The notes beneath the pieces were generated by a model. It saw only the letters and a list, made by a program, of their open reading frames with translations, was not told the origin of the DNA and searched no databases. A stretch of DNA of 64,000 nucleotides from Eledone cirrhosa (taxonomy: Eukaryota). Below, piece by piece: positions 25,845-39,884 of the stretch (positions are counted from its first letter, which is position 1; each line of letters starts with the position of its first letter). Made by a program: the position numbers and the translations under genes. The stretch lies in NCBI GenBank assembly GCA_964016885.1, contig OZ024740.1, positions 83,080,001-83,144,000 of the forward strand. Reading direction: 5' to 3'.

Positions 25845-27085
25845 ATAGATAAAATAAATCAAAGACCGCCTACATACTCATACACTTTTTATTCGCTAAC
25901 AATGTTTCATCCATACCGTGTGGCAGGATTCATCAGAGCGGTATAAACAAAAATATAGTGCTGAATATAAGCTCTGCCAAGCTTAGTCACCAGAACAGTA
26001 GAGATACAGTACAGGATTGTAAGAGGGAGAATGGATATGAGAAGGATGGAGAGAATGCGTAATGGGGTTGTTAGTCAACATTATAGCAAAACATGAGAAT
26101 ACAAGAATACAGGCAGATTCTCTCTCAAGAGACTGAGGCATGTGAAGGCACACAAAATCAATCAAAAGCAATTAAAGTTAATTAAAAAAAATAATTGAAA
26201 AAATAATTAAAAAATAATTTTAAAAAAATATCATTTAAAAAAATGTTAATTAAAAAAAATTGGGAAAAAAAAGAAATTGAGGCATGTGAAGGCACACAAA
26301 AGCAACAAAGGAGGTAATGCATTGGTTACTATAGAAGACAGGTGATTTATTTTCCCATGACTTAGAGTCATAGAAATACTATGATACCCATAAGGTACCT
26401 TCAGAAGGTCTAAAATAGATTTAACCCCCCACCCCATAGTATGCGCAATCAGTGTATAACAGTAAGTTACGGAATTATGTGGGCAATAGGTGTTAAACTT
26501 GCACATGGACAGGCACCACACCGATATAAGCCAACCACAGACAAAGCGCCATTGGTACGAATTGTGAAGTGGTTGTGTTTATTTTTTGCGGAGCCGGGTC
26601 TCATAGTATTTCTATGACTGTAAGTCATGGGAAACTAAATCACCTGTCTTTTGCTTTTGTGGGCTTGCACATGCCACAATTGCTTCTTTTTTTCCCTTTT
26701 TTTTCAATTAAAATCTTTTTTAATTATATTTCTTTTTTATTATGTTTTAATTCATTTTTAATTATTTTTTTAATTGCTTTTGATTCATTTTGTGTGCCTT
26801 CACATACCTCATTCTCTTGTGAGAAAATCTGCCTGTATTCTTGTATTCTCATGTTTTGCTATAATGGTGACTAACAAACCCATTACGCATTCTCTCCATC
26901 CTTCTCATATCCAATCTCCCTCTTACCATCCTGTACTGGTGACTAAGTTTGGTAGAGCTTATATTCAACACTATATTTTTGTTTATAACGATGTGATGAT
27001 TCCTGCGCCACGGTATGGATCAAACAATATTAGCGAATAAAAATTGTATGAGTATGTAGGCGTTCATTGATTCATTTTATCTATA
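25845..27085. mobile_element. Inverted pair of PLE-type 3' ends (pseudo-LTRs)
   Basis: Arms ~25845-26390 and ~26600-27085 are reverse complements; each has a hammerhead motif followed by AATAAA facing outward. Confidence 0.7.
25894..25940 (-). ncRNA. Minimal type I hammerhead ribozyme
   Basis: Minus strand reads CGCT-CTGATGA-ATCC..GGAT-GAAAC-ATT-GTT-AGCG, then AATAAA. Confidence 0.75.
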
Positions 27086-27159
27086 ACGGCTCAGTTTTTG
27101 TACATTTAACTAATACGATACTGTCAGAAATGCAACACTGTGCAGATGTGTTTTCAGCA

Positions 27160-27643
<484 letters not shown>

Positions 27644-28232
27644 GGATGCACTTCCGTTACACAGTGTGTGTGAAAGTATATCTAGAAATGTATTTGCTGT
27701 GAAAAATATGTGCAGATGTTTATCAAAGACCCAATCTGATTTCAGGATAAAAATCTGTTTTTAATAATAAATTGTGGATGAGGAATATTTAAAAGTACGA
27801 TCATTTTTGTTGAAATAATTGCAATTGGTACGATCACACATTACTTTGGAAGAGAAAGCACCGTTCGTCTATGTGTGAAGGAACTGCTCTGGTTCATCGT
27901 CTAGTGCACTATACAATTAAGTGGACGTTTCTACCAAGTCTACGATATGTTTCGACTAGATTGTGTAACAAGAAACTATGCGTTAAGCTTGACATGGACG
28001 TCAATAAATATCAGGTTAGGAAAAGTATCGAAATTTATTTTTGGTTATGATGCAAATAACTCAATTGTTGTATGCGTCAAAATACTAGATATATAAGATC
28101 ACCGTAATATGCACAAGGTAAAACAAAAGCAGTGACAAAATGTAAGACAAGTAAAATAATTGAATTATATTCACAGTTGTGTAGGCAAGCTCAATAAATT
28201 CGAGTAATTCTAAGGCAATGTTGAAGAACATG

Positions 28233-28354
<122 letters not shown>

Positions 28355-29214
28355 AATGAATAATAACAGGTAGACATCATAAAAAGGTAATTTATTCTGT
28401 GTGCTTACAAATGTTTCCACGATGTTATACAGCCTAGTTATGCTATGTGCAAATTTATAACTATTTGCAAAACTCAATTATCAAATGCTGTGACCACTGT
28501 ATCATCAGAGCAGAATGGTTCAAATGTACAATGTAAATATCCTTAAGTGAGGTTATTGGGGAGGATAGAGTAGAAAAGGAAGAGAGAAAAGAAGGGGAGA
28601 GGAAGAGAGAGAGAAAGATATGCAGGGGTTGGAGAAATGGGAGAGAGTGGTTTGTGGATATCTTAATCAAAATGTTGTGGTAGGGGTTTTATTATACTGG
28701 TTACTCTTAAAGCGACCACCTTAAGCGATGCGTTGATAGTCAAGGTTGGAATTATTGATTGCCCCAGAGGGCAGGTTCATAGATGTGGAGAGGGAGGGAG
28801 GTAGGCCTAGGGCGAGAGAGAGAGAGTGGAATGGATAGAGAGGGAGAGATAAAGAGGGGACAGACGAAAGCTAGGGGTGGGTGAACATTGGGTTCATAGT
28901 AGTAATCTACGAATTGTACTAAGTTTCCATTTATAGTGATAAGCAGGGTATTGTCTTGTAGTGTGGGGGAAGAGAAAGTGGTTAGCTAGAAAGTAATGTT
29001 ATAGTTACGGGTTCGAATGTTAAGTTATTTTATAGTGAGAGAATTTAGTTTGTGGTTGCCGCATAATGATCGTTCGATTCTATCGTTTAGTAATTTATTT
29101 TTGGATTTTAAGATGTAAAATAGTTCAAGGTTACATAACCTACAGTACATCAATCCACTCTGATATGCACTTGCGCTGGAAAGTATATCCCATTTCAAGG
29201 TATATCCATGGTAT

Positions 29215-29510
29215 ACCCGCTACCCACAACAAAAACTGTAACTGCCATCTACCTGAAAGATGTCCATTAAATAATAAATGCCTAAAGTCCAACATTATTT
29301 ACCAATGCACGGTTGAATCGAACGACCGGAAATGGTATTATACCGGGTCTACCACTACCTCGTTTAAACCTCGCTGGTACCGTCATCGATTCTCAATTAA
29401 ACATCCAGATCACCGTTTTGTGACCACGCTCGCCAACAAGACATGGCAACTCCGTGAACGCAACCAACAGTTCACCTTGAAATGGGATATACTTTCCAGC
29501 GCAATGGGAT
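29215..29510 (+). pseudogene. PLE GIY-YIG endonuclease fragment (Naiad-like)
   Basis: CNC..CPLNNKCLKSNIIYQC..YYTGSTTTSFKPRWYRH..TTLANKTW..LKWDIL in ORF 29066-29530. Confidence 0.8.
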
Positions 29511-30279
29511 ATACTTTCCCGTTACGATAGACATCGATGGAATGTTGTGTTCCGGGCAAAACCCTCCAAACAATAATTGTACAGGAATATCGCCGCTCAT
29601 ATGCTTGTTAAAATCTATTAGTTTAATCTACTAGTTTTTCAAAATTATTGATTACCTATGCTTACATTATATAGTATTCTGGAAAATATCACCTTGAAAT
29701 TCTAACGCTTTTCTTACACATCTATTTATTTCTTAAGTATTAAAATATATCTATAATACACAAGTGATGTACACAATTTTCCAATAATTCTATAAATGAA
29801 CATCTATTAGATTATTGAATCTGCATATCTACTATCAAATTCATGCTTAATCCTAGCATTATACGGGAAGGGGAACTTTATAATACTCTATTTTATCAAA
29901 TGCGGTTTGATGAAAGTTAAATTTGACGACGATGGATTTCAACAATTCCCTTAGAGTTATAACTTATAAGCACCAATATTTCACAAAATGTTAAGGATAT
30001 TTACTTCTCTTTAGAGACCTCGATTTTGACACCATGCATTATAAAACAAGCAAATCAGGCACCAAACTGCAAAAGCCGAAGACCTGTGCTGTGACCTCTA
30101 TCTAGATATGTCCATCTAAATGCCATGGGTAAAAAAAAGCATGTTCATAATGTCACACAGTTCACAATATAATTATATGGCTAAGACAGCTAATGACTTC
30201 AAGTGTTAATTTAACGAAAATCTATCAAGGAGGAGAAACTGGAAGAATTCAACCATCTGGTTTGCTTTCTTTATGTAGG

Positions 30280-30700
30280 CTCTGGGATTAGGTGCACTAA
30301 AGGAAACATTATGGAGAGAGCACACAATACCACCATGGTAGGCTCTACTTTAAAATCTGCCGCGACAAGTGTTTGCCTGTACTGTGAAAAATTACAATCG
30401 CCATCAGCGCGAAAACGGCCCTAACATTTTCATCCCAGCTGAGAAGCAGCTTGTTGGCCAAGTACAAACTTCTGAGTGGAATAAGATACGAAAGCCAAAA
30501 TAGCTTCGACCAACACGAGAACACGACGAAATAAGTGGGCCAGATAGATGCACCAGCCTGAACAATATGACAATACAAATATGATTCCTACCAAAATGTA
30601 CCACATATACTGATTCACAAGCGGGTGCGTTAGCAACAACAGATATACAGACAAGAGCTACGTGCGTTAATTGCAGTATCAACAGATCCACTTAACCTGA
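30280..30700 (+). mobile_element. Possible highly decayed RTE/RTE-X LINE C-terminal remnant
   Basis: LWREH..NLPR pattern only; weak. Confidence 0.25.
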
Positions 30701-30842
30701 ACAAACCAATAGGAGATCATTGGAGTTGACGGCAAATCATTCTCCATCTAACATAAAATGTTTCGATGAACATAATCATTGGTACGGCAAACTGATTATA
30801 TAAATAATTTGACCTTCAAATACTTACGATTAATGTACGTAA

Positions 30843-30932
<90 letters not shown>

Positions 30933-31203
30933 ATATAAAGAATTAGTATATTACCAACATATATATACAGAGATGTATACCTACGCAAGCAAATATACAG
31001 GTTTTGTTTTAATAACTTTTTGGTTCAATGCAAGGGGATGCAGAACAATTATATTTGTTTTTCCATCCACTAAATTATTTGTGTATAAGTTCCCTGTGTC
31101 CGCGCATCGCCATTTAGAGACCATGTTTATTCCCTTTCAGAAATTATTAGTTGTAGTGAAATTTAAGTAAGTAAGTTAATTATTATAATTCTCTTATTTT
31201 ACG

Positions 31204-31250
<47 letters not shown>

Positions 31251-31331
31251 AGTTTATCCGGGTTCAATCGGGGGTAAATACAGTAAGTAAGGTACTCAAT
31301 ACAAAGCAGAGTATACATATCTTATATAGAA

Positions 31332-31382
31332 AGCTTCTACAGGACTAGAACTGTTTCATTCGTGAGAAATCATCAGGAAGCT
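31332..31382 (-). ncRNA. Type I hammerhead ribozyme
   Basis: AGCTTC-CTGATGA-T-TTC(tcac)GAA-T-GAAA-CAG(ttctagtc)CTG-TA-GAAGCT; 6-bp stem I. Confidence 0.8.
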
Positions 31383-31429
31383 CTCTGATGATTTCTCACA
31401 AATGAAAGTGTTCTAGTCCGCTAGAAGCT
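31379..31429 (+). ncRNA. Inverted sister hammerhead motif
   Basis: AGCTCT-CTGATGA-..-GAAA-GTG(ttctagtc)CGC-TA-GAAGCT. Confidence 0.6.
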
Positions 31430-31770
31430 TTTCTATATTATATATATATATATATATAACGAGGCCAGATGTAGCCGTTGAAACGGCTTGAGCTCTGCCG
31501 TCGGGGTCTTGAACGTTTTCCCATATATATATATATATATGTACATGATGGTATTGGAGCCAAAATGGAATATCACGCACAATAACATTTCCAGGGTAGA
31601 CCCTAATATTGGAAACATAAACATACACATACAATAACACACATGCGCAACATTCAAAAACATGCACAAACACTTACTTGCATGCAAAGGCCGACCTGCC
31701 ATGCTACACACACACATACACACATACACACACACACACACATATATATATTTATATATATATATATATA

Positions 31771-32798
31771 TCAAGATAAGCAGAACAAGCAAAATTCAAC
31801 CAATTTTTCAAAATAAATCAAAATTAATTTACAATTAAAATTAATCAAAATTAAAAAATATAATATAAATATTTACCTATTCAAATAACCCTTACTGTAC
31901 AGTTTCACTTTGCAAAACATTAGATATCACATGGATATTAATGGAAAAACAAAGAAATCAGAGAAGCATTTTCCTTTCCTAGAGTTAAAAACCTCAGGAA
32001 CGATAAAATATATGACCTCGTCTCCAACTGACACGAGTCTAAAGGTCGTAAAAGTGACCCGTATGTTCGCTGGTGTGAAGTGAAATTCAACTAATTTTTC
32101 AAAATAAATTAAAATTAATCAAAATTAAAAAAATATAATATAAATATTTTGAAAAATTGGTTGAATTTTGCTTGTTCTGCTTATCTTGATATTAAGTTCT
32201 GGTATATCAAATTATTACCATAGAACCACCTTGAATCATAGACAACCTATGCATTTCTGGGGGTTCCTTGTACCCTCAGATATATTAACTTTATTCATTA
32301 TTCTGTAGAGAACAAATCTGTCGTTCTATCTAGCTGCTATTTTTTTAGTGGCGACTATAGACAACAAGTCTACGATTTCCCGCCTTCACTTCACACCAGC
32401 GAACATACGGGTCACTTTTATGACCTTTAGACTCGTGTCAGTTGGAGACGAGGTCATGTATTTTATCGTTCCTGAGGTTTTTAACCCTAGGAAAGGAAAA
32501 TGCTTCTCTGATGATCTTTGTTTTTCCATTAATATCCATGTGATATATAATGTTTTGCAAAGTGAAACTGTAGAGTAATGGCTATTTGAATAGGTAAATA
32601 TTTATATTATATTTTTTTAATTTTGATTAATTTCAATTGTAAATTAATTTTGATTTATTTTGAAAAATTGGTTGAATTTTGCTTGTTCTGCTTATCTTGA
32701 TATTAAGTTCTGGTATATCAAATTATTACCATAGAACCACCTTGAATCATAGACAACCTATGCATTTCTGGGGGTACCTTGTACCCTCAGATATATTA

Positions 32799-32803
<5 letters not shown>
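31771..32803. mobile_element. PLE pseudo-LTR cluster: ~510-bp partial tandem (+) preceded by an inverted copy
   Basis: 32148-32293 repeats at 32659-32803; 31771-32085 is inverted relative to 32385-32700; CTGATGA..GAAAC motif at 32508-32568; flanked by (TA)n. Confidence 0.7.
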
Positions 32804-32859
<56 letters not shown>

Positions 32860-32885
32860 CATGTGGAGACGAAACACACGAGTAA

Positions 32886-32963
<78 letters not shown>

Positions 32964-33004
32964 ACAGGGAGAAAAAGACAATTATTAGGAAGAAAAATAT
33001 CTTT

Positions 33005-34200
33005 ATTTCTCTCTTTTTTCTGGGTTAGAAAATGATTAAAACGAAATATTTTACTTTGTGTGAAGTGTTAAGGTTTTAGTTGATTTATTTATTAATTAAC
33101 AATGGCATTTATTTATTTATTTATATACTTAATAATTATCTATTATCAAATGATAATAATATGTATTGGTGTAGAATGGTGGTGTTGGATATGTTAAAAT
33201 GAATTAAAAAACAGACTTATCAGCAGAAACTACTCACCATCCCTAATCAACAATGGATTCCAACGTGCCCTAAAACTCGACATCCAGGAACTCAGATACC
33301 CCAAACCCAGGAATGAACCGCAACACAAAACTCTACCATACACAATCCCCTCAACAATGAGGCATTCGACACCATCCTCCAGAACATTCCTTTACGTATG
33401 ACCGACCAAAAATCACAAATCAAAATACAGGAATACAGAAAGATTGAATTTAGTGAACATATCGCCAATTGTGCACCCAGCCAACATCCAAATTTAAATT
33501 GTTTTCCCCATTTACAAATTCATAGACAACGCTAATTTCATCCATCGTACCAATAAGGAAACGTATTTCATTAACAAATTCCAGCCTCTACTCAATGTAC
33601 TAAACTTCGGACTAAACTAAAACTGGAACAAACAATCAAACATTTACAAATACCTATGTCTCTCTAAAGAGTTACCTCCCTCACACCCTACCTAATCCTT
33701 TTTCTTAAATAAATTAAATATCATCCAGCATGAATTACCCCCCCCCCCCTGCATATTAACTCTCTAAAAAGGGAAATCATATCAAACCCCAGTCCACCAT
33801 TTGCCTCCATCATGGATCAACTAATCACTCTTGCTATATTAACACATTTTGATATGCTTATCATCAAGAACTATGCCTGTAAATAACATTATTTGTTCAT
33901 CACATTGAATTATTATGCTCCACATTGCGCCCCTTTTTTCTTTTTTCTTTTCACTTCATAAAACTTGTTTGTAAATAAGATTATTCTTTCTGAACCATTT
34001 CTTTAACATATCCAACACCACCATTCTACACCAATACATATTATTATCATTTGATAATAGATAATTATTAAATATATAAATAAATAAATAAATGCCATTG
34101 TTAATTAATAAATAAATCAACTAATACCTTAACTCCTCACACAAAGTAAAATATTTCGTTTTAATCATTTTCTAACCGAGAAAAAAGAGATAAAAAAATA
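33005..34200 (+). mobile_element. PLE 3' fragment (GIY-YIG C-terminus) with ~200-bp inverted terminal arms
   Basis: 33397-33603 encodes ..QEYRKIEFSEHIANCA..KETYFINKFQPLLN, similar to ORF 44515-44721; arms at 33005-33200 / 34003-34200. Confidence 0.7.
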
Positions 34201-34229
34201 AAAAGGGGGAAAAATATATGTTTGTAACA

Positions 34230-35150
34230 TAGGCGTGTGGGTTACATCTAAAATGTTGACAGTGGTTAGATTAGTGTTTATCGTTATTTTTAAGCAGAAT
34301 GATTTGAAACATTCCATAATCTCTTTCTTTTATCTACAGCTTGTAATTTTTGTTGCTAGTTATTGCAATGGATTAATCTCTGTACAGACTAAAGCACACA
34401 CCTATAGTGTTCAATTTATATAGGCCATCACATGAGTTTGTTCATTTCGAAGAAACCAATTTCAACGGTTTTCTTTACGCATTCTATGTCGTCGCTGAAA
34501 GCAGCATTCTTCTTCTGTGATATAATGATATTGCGATTCTACTTGATTATATGGTAGATGGGAGTGGTGACGTCTAGTGCTCTATCTAGCGTGTCTATTA
34601 AGATCGAAATGTAGAAGTGAACTATGTCCCATTGTTTAAATACGGCGTCTTTCTTGTGGCTTGTATTGTTGAACCATCCAATTACATCCTCAATATTCGC
34701 CCACTGCTCTAGGCGGCACGCCTTCCTAACGATGGTTTTGTTATTCCCTAGTATGTGTTTCCTAATTATGCCTATTGTGTTAACCAGGCGAAGTGTTTCT
34801 TATGATCCTTAAGCGTAAACAGATTTTCTTTTGGTATTACATCTATTCAATCTTTTAAATTTAGCTTCTGTATGTTTCATCGCTTCGTTGATGCTATTGC
34901 ATGTATTTGGCTTGACTTTCTTCTAACTACTAGGTGCGCTATTTATAATTAATTGGTCGAAGACGTTTCTGTCTACATATTAGATGTGTTTATTTTGTCG
35001 GAGAATAGCAAAGCGTTATCTGATATTTGTATTTTGAGGATGTCGTCTTTGACTGCGCTCTGAGAAGCATTAGCTGACTTAATTATATTTTTATTTGCAC
35101 CTTTATCGAGTACGTCTTCTTCGAATCTTAGCAGATACGGTATATAGAGA
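34230..35150 (-). pseudogene. Decayed PLE reverse transcriptase, N-terminal part (Naiad-like)
   Basis: Minus-strand peptides FSDK.., FTLKDHK, EQWANIEDVIGWF, QWDIVHFY. Confidence 0.7.
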
Positions 35151-35547
35151 TGTTAGATATAAAGAAGAATCCCTCAATATGTAATGATAGAGGTAAAGAT
35201 TTTATATTATGTAGAAAATGGCAAACTGTTATACTTAGAGTTTACGGAACCAAGATGATGATTTTGCTGTTTCATTCAGCAGTAAAATTTGAAAATGTAT
35301 CCCCGGGCGTGAACATTCCAGTGAAGCCCGATATGGAAACACACGTTTTGGAAATATGTATATACGCATGGACACACCCACCCACAAACGTATCATCTTT
35401 ACACATGTAAACACACACCTCTATCCACACGTATGTGCATACATACACATACACATATATATTTATAGCTCTGTGCGAAAGCATGCACCCATGTGTACTT
35501 GCTTGCTAACACTCACAGACCGAAATATGCACATGTGTAAGCATATA

Positions 35548-35602
<55 letters not shown>

Positions 35603-35859
35603 CGTGCGTGTGTGTGTGTGTGTATGTGTGTATATGTGTGTGTGTGTGTTGTGTGTGTTGTATTCGGTGCAGGAGAGGTGCAACTTTCTAACATTCTCTT
35701 TTTCTTCTGCTTTTATTCTGCTTTTATTCTGTTTTTATTGGGTGCCTTAATATTTTGTGTAGTAATATTTTGTGTAGTAATCCGACGGTCGCAGAGCATG
35801 TTACATGTGGTGACTGGTGTTTTTTGAGATATTGCGAGACGAAGATGGGATTATATATC

Positions 35860-36420
35860 TGTTTTGCTTTATTGGCTTGGTTTACATACCACCCTCCTTG
35901 AGTTGAGGCATGAGTCGGGGTTCACCGAAGTTTCCCATAGAAGCTATCTCTCGATGCTGCAGATCCCATATTTCTCAGATCAATAGACCTAGACTTTACA
36001 TCTTTCCACTATCTTCCAGCAGGGTTTACAGTCAGTAGAGTCCTCGTTCAGCTTCCTTGCTTAATTGGAGTGTAGTTGTAATTTTTCTCTAGTTTCCAGA
36101 AAGTCGCCTTGTATTTGTTGAAGCAATATTTAAGCCTTCATTCCGTTGAGATTGGTCGTGTGATCTGGAACTTCGCTATTGTATCGTACTCTATTTCCGC
36201 TGCCCTACATGCTTCATTTGGCTAGGTTGTATAATGGTGGCTTACTGGTTATAATGGATATAAAGTTGGGCATAGAGCAGAAATTAAATTTAAAGTGCTT
36301 TCCTTTTTATAGTTTGGTGCAAGGGTCGCTATTTGGAAACGACAATTTGCAGTAGCCTATGTCGTCATTGCGACAAAACGGATGCGAAGGAATTCTCCAG
36401 CGATGTATGAACGCTGGAAG
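35860..36420 (-). pseudogene. Decayed PLE linker + GIY-YIG (Naiad-like)
   Basis: Minus-strand peptides HPFCRN..DIG..FP..CSMPNFISII, LKYCFNKYKATF, WKIVERCK..CSIER..CLNSR. Confidence 0.6.
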
Positions 36421-36803
36421 TAGATTCTCCTAATTAGTGATTGCAGCATCAAATGGAAGATAGCGAAAATATTTATTCAACGTGTAGGGACTCGAACACT
36501 GAAAGATAGCTGATTTTTCCAGAGTATTTTCTTTTTAAATGTCAATTCACTGGAATTATCACCACGGTGATAGTCTTTGAATTTTCACTGTCAAACGAAG
36601 TAGCTAAAACATCGGCTGACTTTGGGAAAATTCCGATTATCCAGAAAAGTATGTCATTTTGCAATTGTGTTTTATATAATATAGAATAATTAATTCAACT
36701 TTTAAATGTTGAGCATTCTTCCTAAAGCGATTACAATGCCAGTCAGGGAACGATATACATATATTCAAGCACACAAACACACACAGAAACCACACAGGGA
36801 AAA

Positions 36804-36885
<82 letters not shown>

Positions 36886-36911
36886 CGAATGTAGAAAACT
36901 ATATATATATA

Positions 36912-37059
36912 TAGGAACAAGTCCAGGAATAGCCGTCGAAATGGCTTGAGCTCTGCCATCGGGGTCATACTTTTTCCTATTTGCCACTCTACTACCATCA
37001 GTATTGAGTACTCTTGTGCGTAATGGTCCATCTGGTTCCTTACCACAATTCCTTTGTTA

Positions 37060-37060
<1 letters not shown>
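36912..37060 (+). repeat. Short repeat family carrying the 3' half of a hammerhead (other copies at 31458-31525 + and 49135-49290 -)
   Basis: GAAAYGGC-ttgagctct-GCCRTC-ggggtc in all three copies, each next to (TA)n. Confidence 0.65.
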
Positions 37061-37092
<32 letters not shown>

Positions 37093-37109
37093 GCATAGTA
37101 TAAATAACT

Positions 37110-37200
37110 GATTCTACTTTAGGTACAAGGCCAACATTTACCCAATGTATTACTGGTACTTTATTTTATCGACCCCCGTAAGGATGAAAGGCAAAGTCAA
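37110..37200 (-). mobile_element. SINE fragment
   Basis: Core gtactttattttatcgacccccgtaaggatgaaaggcaaagt. Confidence 0.75.
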
Positions 37201-37337
37201 CAAAGGGAGATGTGTGTGCATTTGTCTGTTTGAGTGTGACTGTGTGTGTGTAAATATATATATATATATGTATATATATTTCGTTTCTGAATTTGATTAG
37301 CAAGATTCTTTATCTGAAAACGTGTGTTGAAACCGAT

Positions 37338-39870
37338 ATTGTTATACATTGGGAGGGTCATGTTGCCAATAAGAAACACACGCACCAGATGTTTTCACTT
37401 CAATTTGTTATAAATTAAATTTATAAATCTAAGAATTTATAATTTATAAATGTCCGGTTGGTTGGTTGGTTGGTTCCACGACTGGACGGTTGTTCATATA
37501 TTGTCAAAGTTTTCCGTCACACATTATGTGACCTCTTTAGTGACTGGAGATTCTTCTCTTTGTTTTGTGCCTCTCCTTTGTTCTGTCCTACGCCATTTTG
37601 TTTTTGTGCGTTGTGTTCTTAGTTTGCGCATGTGTTACATCTGGGTGTCTGTGTCTGTTTTTATTTGTTTATTTATTTGCTTATTTACACATTATTGGTT
37701 GGTTGTTTGTTCTATGTGTGTGTGTTTTCATTTTGTCCTTAATTGTAAGTTGTGATGTAGCTATTCCATTCATGTTTTCTATTTAATTTTGGTTGGACTT
37801 CATTTATGTTTAATGCCTCTGAGATTTGTCTAAAGATTGCGTCTTTTCTGTGTGTAGATTTTATTTATATTTCTATGTTCTCTAATTTGCCCTTATGTTC
37901 TATTTTAGCATATTGGTGGACTACTGATGAATCTTTTCTAACTTGAGGCTCGCGCCAGTGTTCATTTAGTCGTTCTCCTGTAATAAGAGCTGTCTCACCT
38001 ATGTACACTGTATGCTTATCTTTACATTGTCCTTCAGTACATCTTATGCTATATACTATGTTTCTATTTTTACAGTTAATATAGGGGCTTAGTTTACAGA
38101 TTATGCATTTCTTATCTATACAAGGAGGTCTTTGACAAGGGTATGAATTACTAATAAGTGTTTTTATGGAGGTACCTGGTCTTTTACTATCTTAATATTT
38201 AGTTTAAGTTTATCTAGGGCCCTTCTAAATTTGTAAGCTAATTCACATCATGGGGTTGTATTGATGATCATTACACGCTGGTATTTATTGCTATCATACC
38301 ATGAGTTTATTCCATTAACCTTATTCCTAGTTCTTTCTATTCTATTCCAAAATGTGCTCCTATACAAGGGGCAGGTCCCATTTGTATCATTATTTACCAT
38401 TTTTCCCATTTGGTTCTGGCCCCTCTATATACTCTGATTTTATATCTCTGATTGTAACCAGAGAACTGCATACGGTGGATGAAGTGTTGTATGTGTCTCT
38501 CTAGTTCTTTGGGGTTGCACATACGGGACACGTTTCTCATCACCCGTACTAAATCCGCAATCAGTATGTTGACTTTGGTGTGATCCGAAACAGCTGAGTT
38601 TCGGTGGATCAGATATTTGGAAGTCATGGGTTTGGCATAATGGGAATGGAGGATTTGTTTTTGTTATTAATGGTTTCTAACCAAAGCTCTGTGTCTAGTA
38701 CAGATAATCGATGGTTGGGTTGTTTGCTTGGGTAGTCTATAGTAACTCTAATAGTCTGGTGGTTGGGGTTAGCGCTTTGCTGGATGCTTTCCATGGTGTT
38801 TTTCTCTAATTCCTGACTGTTCTCTAGTTGGGGTGTTTATATCATCAACGTAGCGAGAGTACATTATCATGCTTAAGAGGTTTCTGTCTTCTAATTGTTT
38901 TTTTAAGTTAATTGTCCCACCATACCATGAATAAGTTAGCTATGTCACCTGCAATGCTAACACCAATAGCTGCTGCCTCCTCTTGGCCATATGTTTTTCC
39001 ATAAATTTGGACATATGTTCCTTAAAGGTTGGTTTTATACAAGCCCCCAACGCATGTGCAATCATTTTCTTTAGTTCATCTTGTTTTTCGGGGTTCCGTA
39101 TGGCTCTAGTCCACCTGCTCCATCTTTCTGTGTGGGTTTTCTTGGCCATTGAGGTAATGGTAGGTGGTCTGTCTCTTGCTGGCCTTGTGGGCAGAGTTTG
39201 CTAAGGTCATACTTATAGTAATGATTACATTACTGTAAGTTTAAGTAGGAGTACCAGCTGACTGGTATGAATCCCATGGAATTCAACATTGCTCTCACTA
39301 ATCATTTCTACGCATTTCTCCACAGCAAAATCCACGTCGATGGATGGGTATAGGGAGACAACATCCATACTACCTATTATACAGTATGTTAGGTCCCTAG
39401 ATCGGTTATTTTCGCTCATCAGTGCTGTCACATATATCCAGGGACATTTCAATGATGAAGCGTACGATCAGGGAGAGAATGTAGGAACGTCTGTAGTTAC
39501 TAGCAATATTAGCTCCACAGACTCGCTGTGTTAGTGGTCTTGTGAATAGGCGACATATGGTCTTTTCGAAGCCCATACAACGCTGGCCCGTCATTGTTCC
39601 AGGCCTGGAAGTTGTTTGGAGTCCGTTTATTAGGCTGCATTATTTTTGTCCACATCATCATATGAGCATTGAAGGTTTTCCCCCTCTCCTCATGCTCTTG
39701 TGGTGTTACTTCTCTTGTCTTAGGGATGTGGGGTTGCATTGCATGATTGTAGTTTGACAGACTGTCACCGACATTCTGCCAGACTTGTCTGTTGGAAAGC
39801 ATGCAATCTCTCCATTGCGTAAGCGCTGCATGAGCTTACGCAAGCCATTTTCAGATTGTTCTCCCAATGA
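37338..39870 (-). mobile_element. PLE (RT + GIY-YIG), left arm of an inverted pair
   Basis: SMDVVSLYPSI, IGVSIAGD, SRYVDD, MQFSGY, GIY-YIG; reverse complement of 39890-41760. Confidence 0.85.
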
Positions 39871-39884
39871 TTATCTAGATACGT

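Noticed and set aside
29066-29530. Selenocysteine recoding in the Naiad-like fragment
   Set aside because: There is no in-frame TGA at Cys positions in this piece and no SECIS was recognised; the other Naiad pieces are too decayed to judge.
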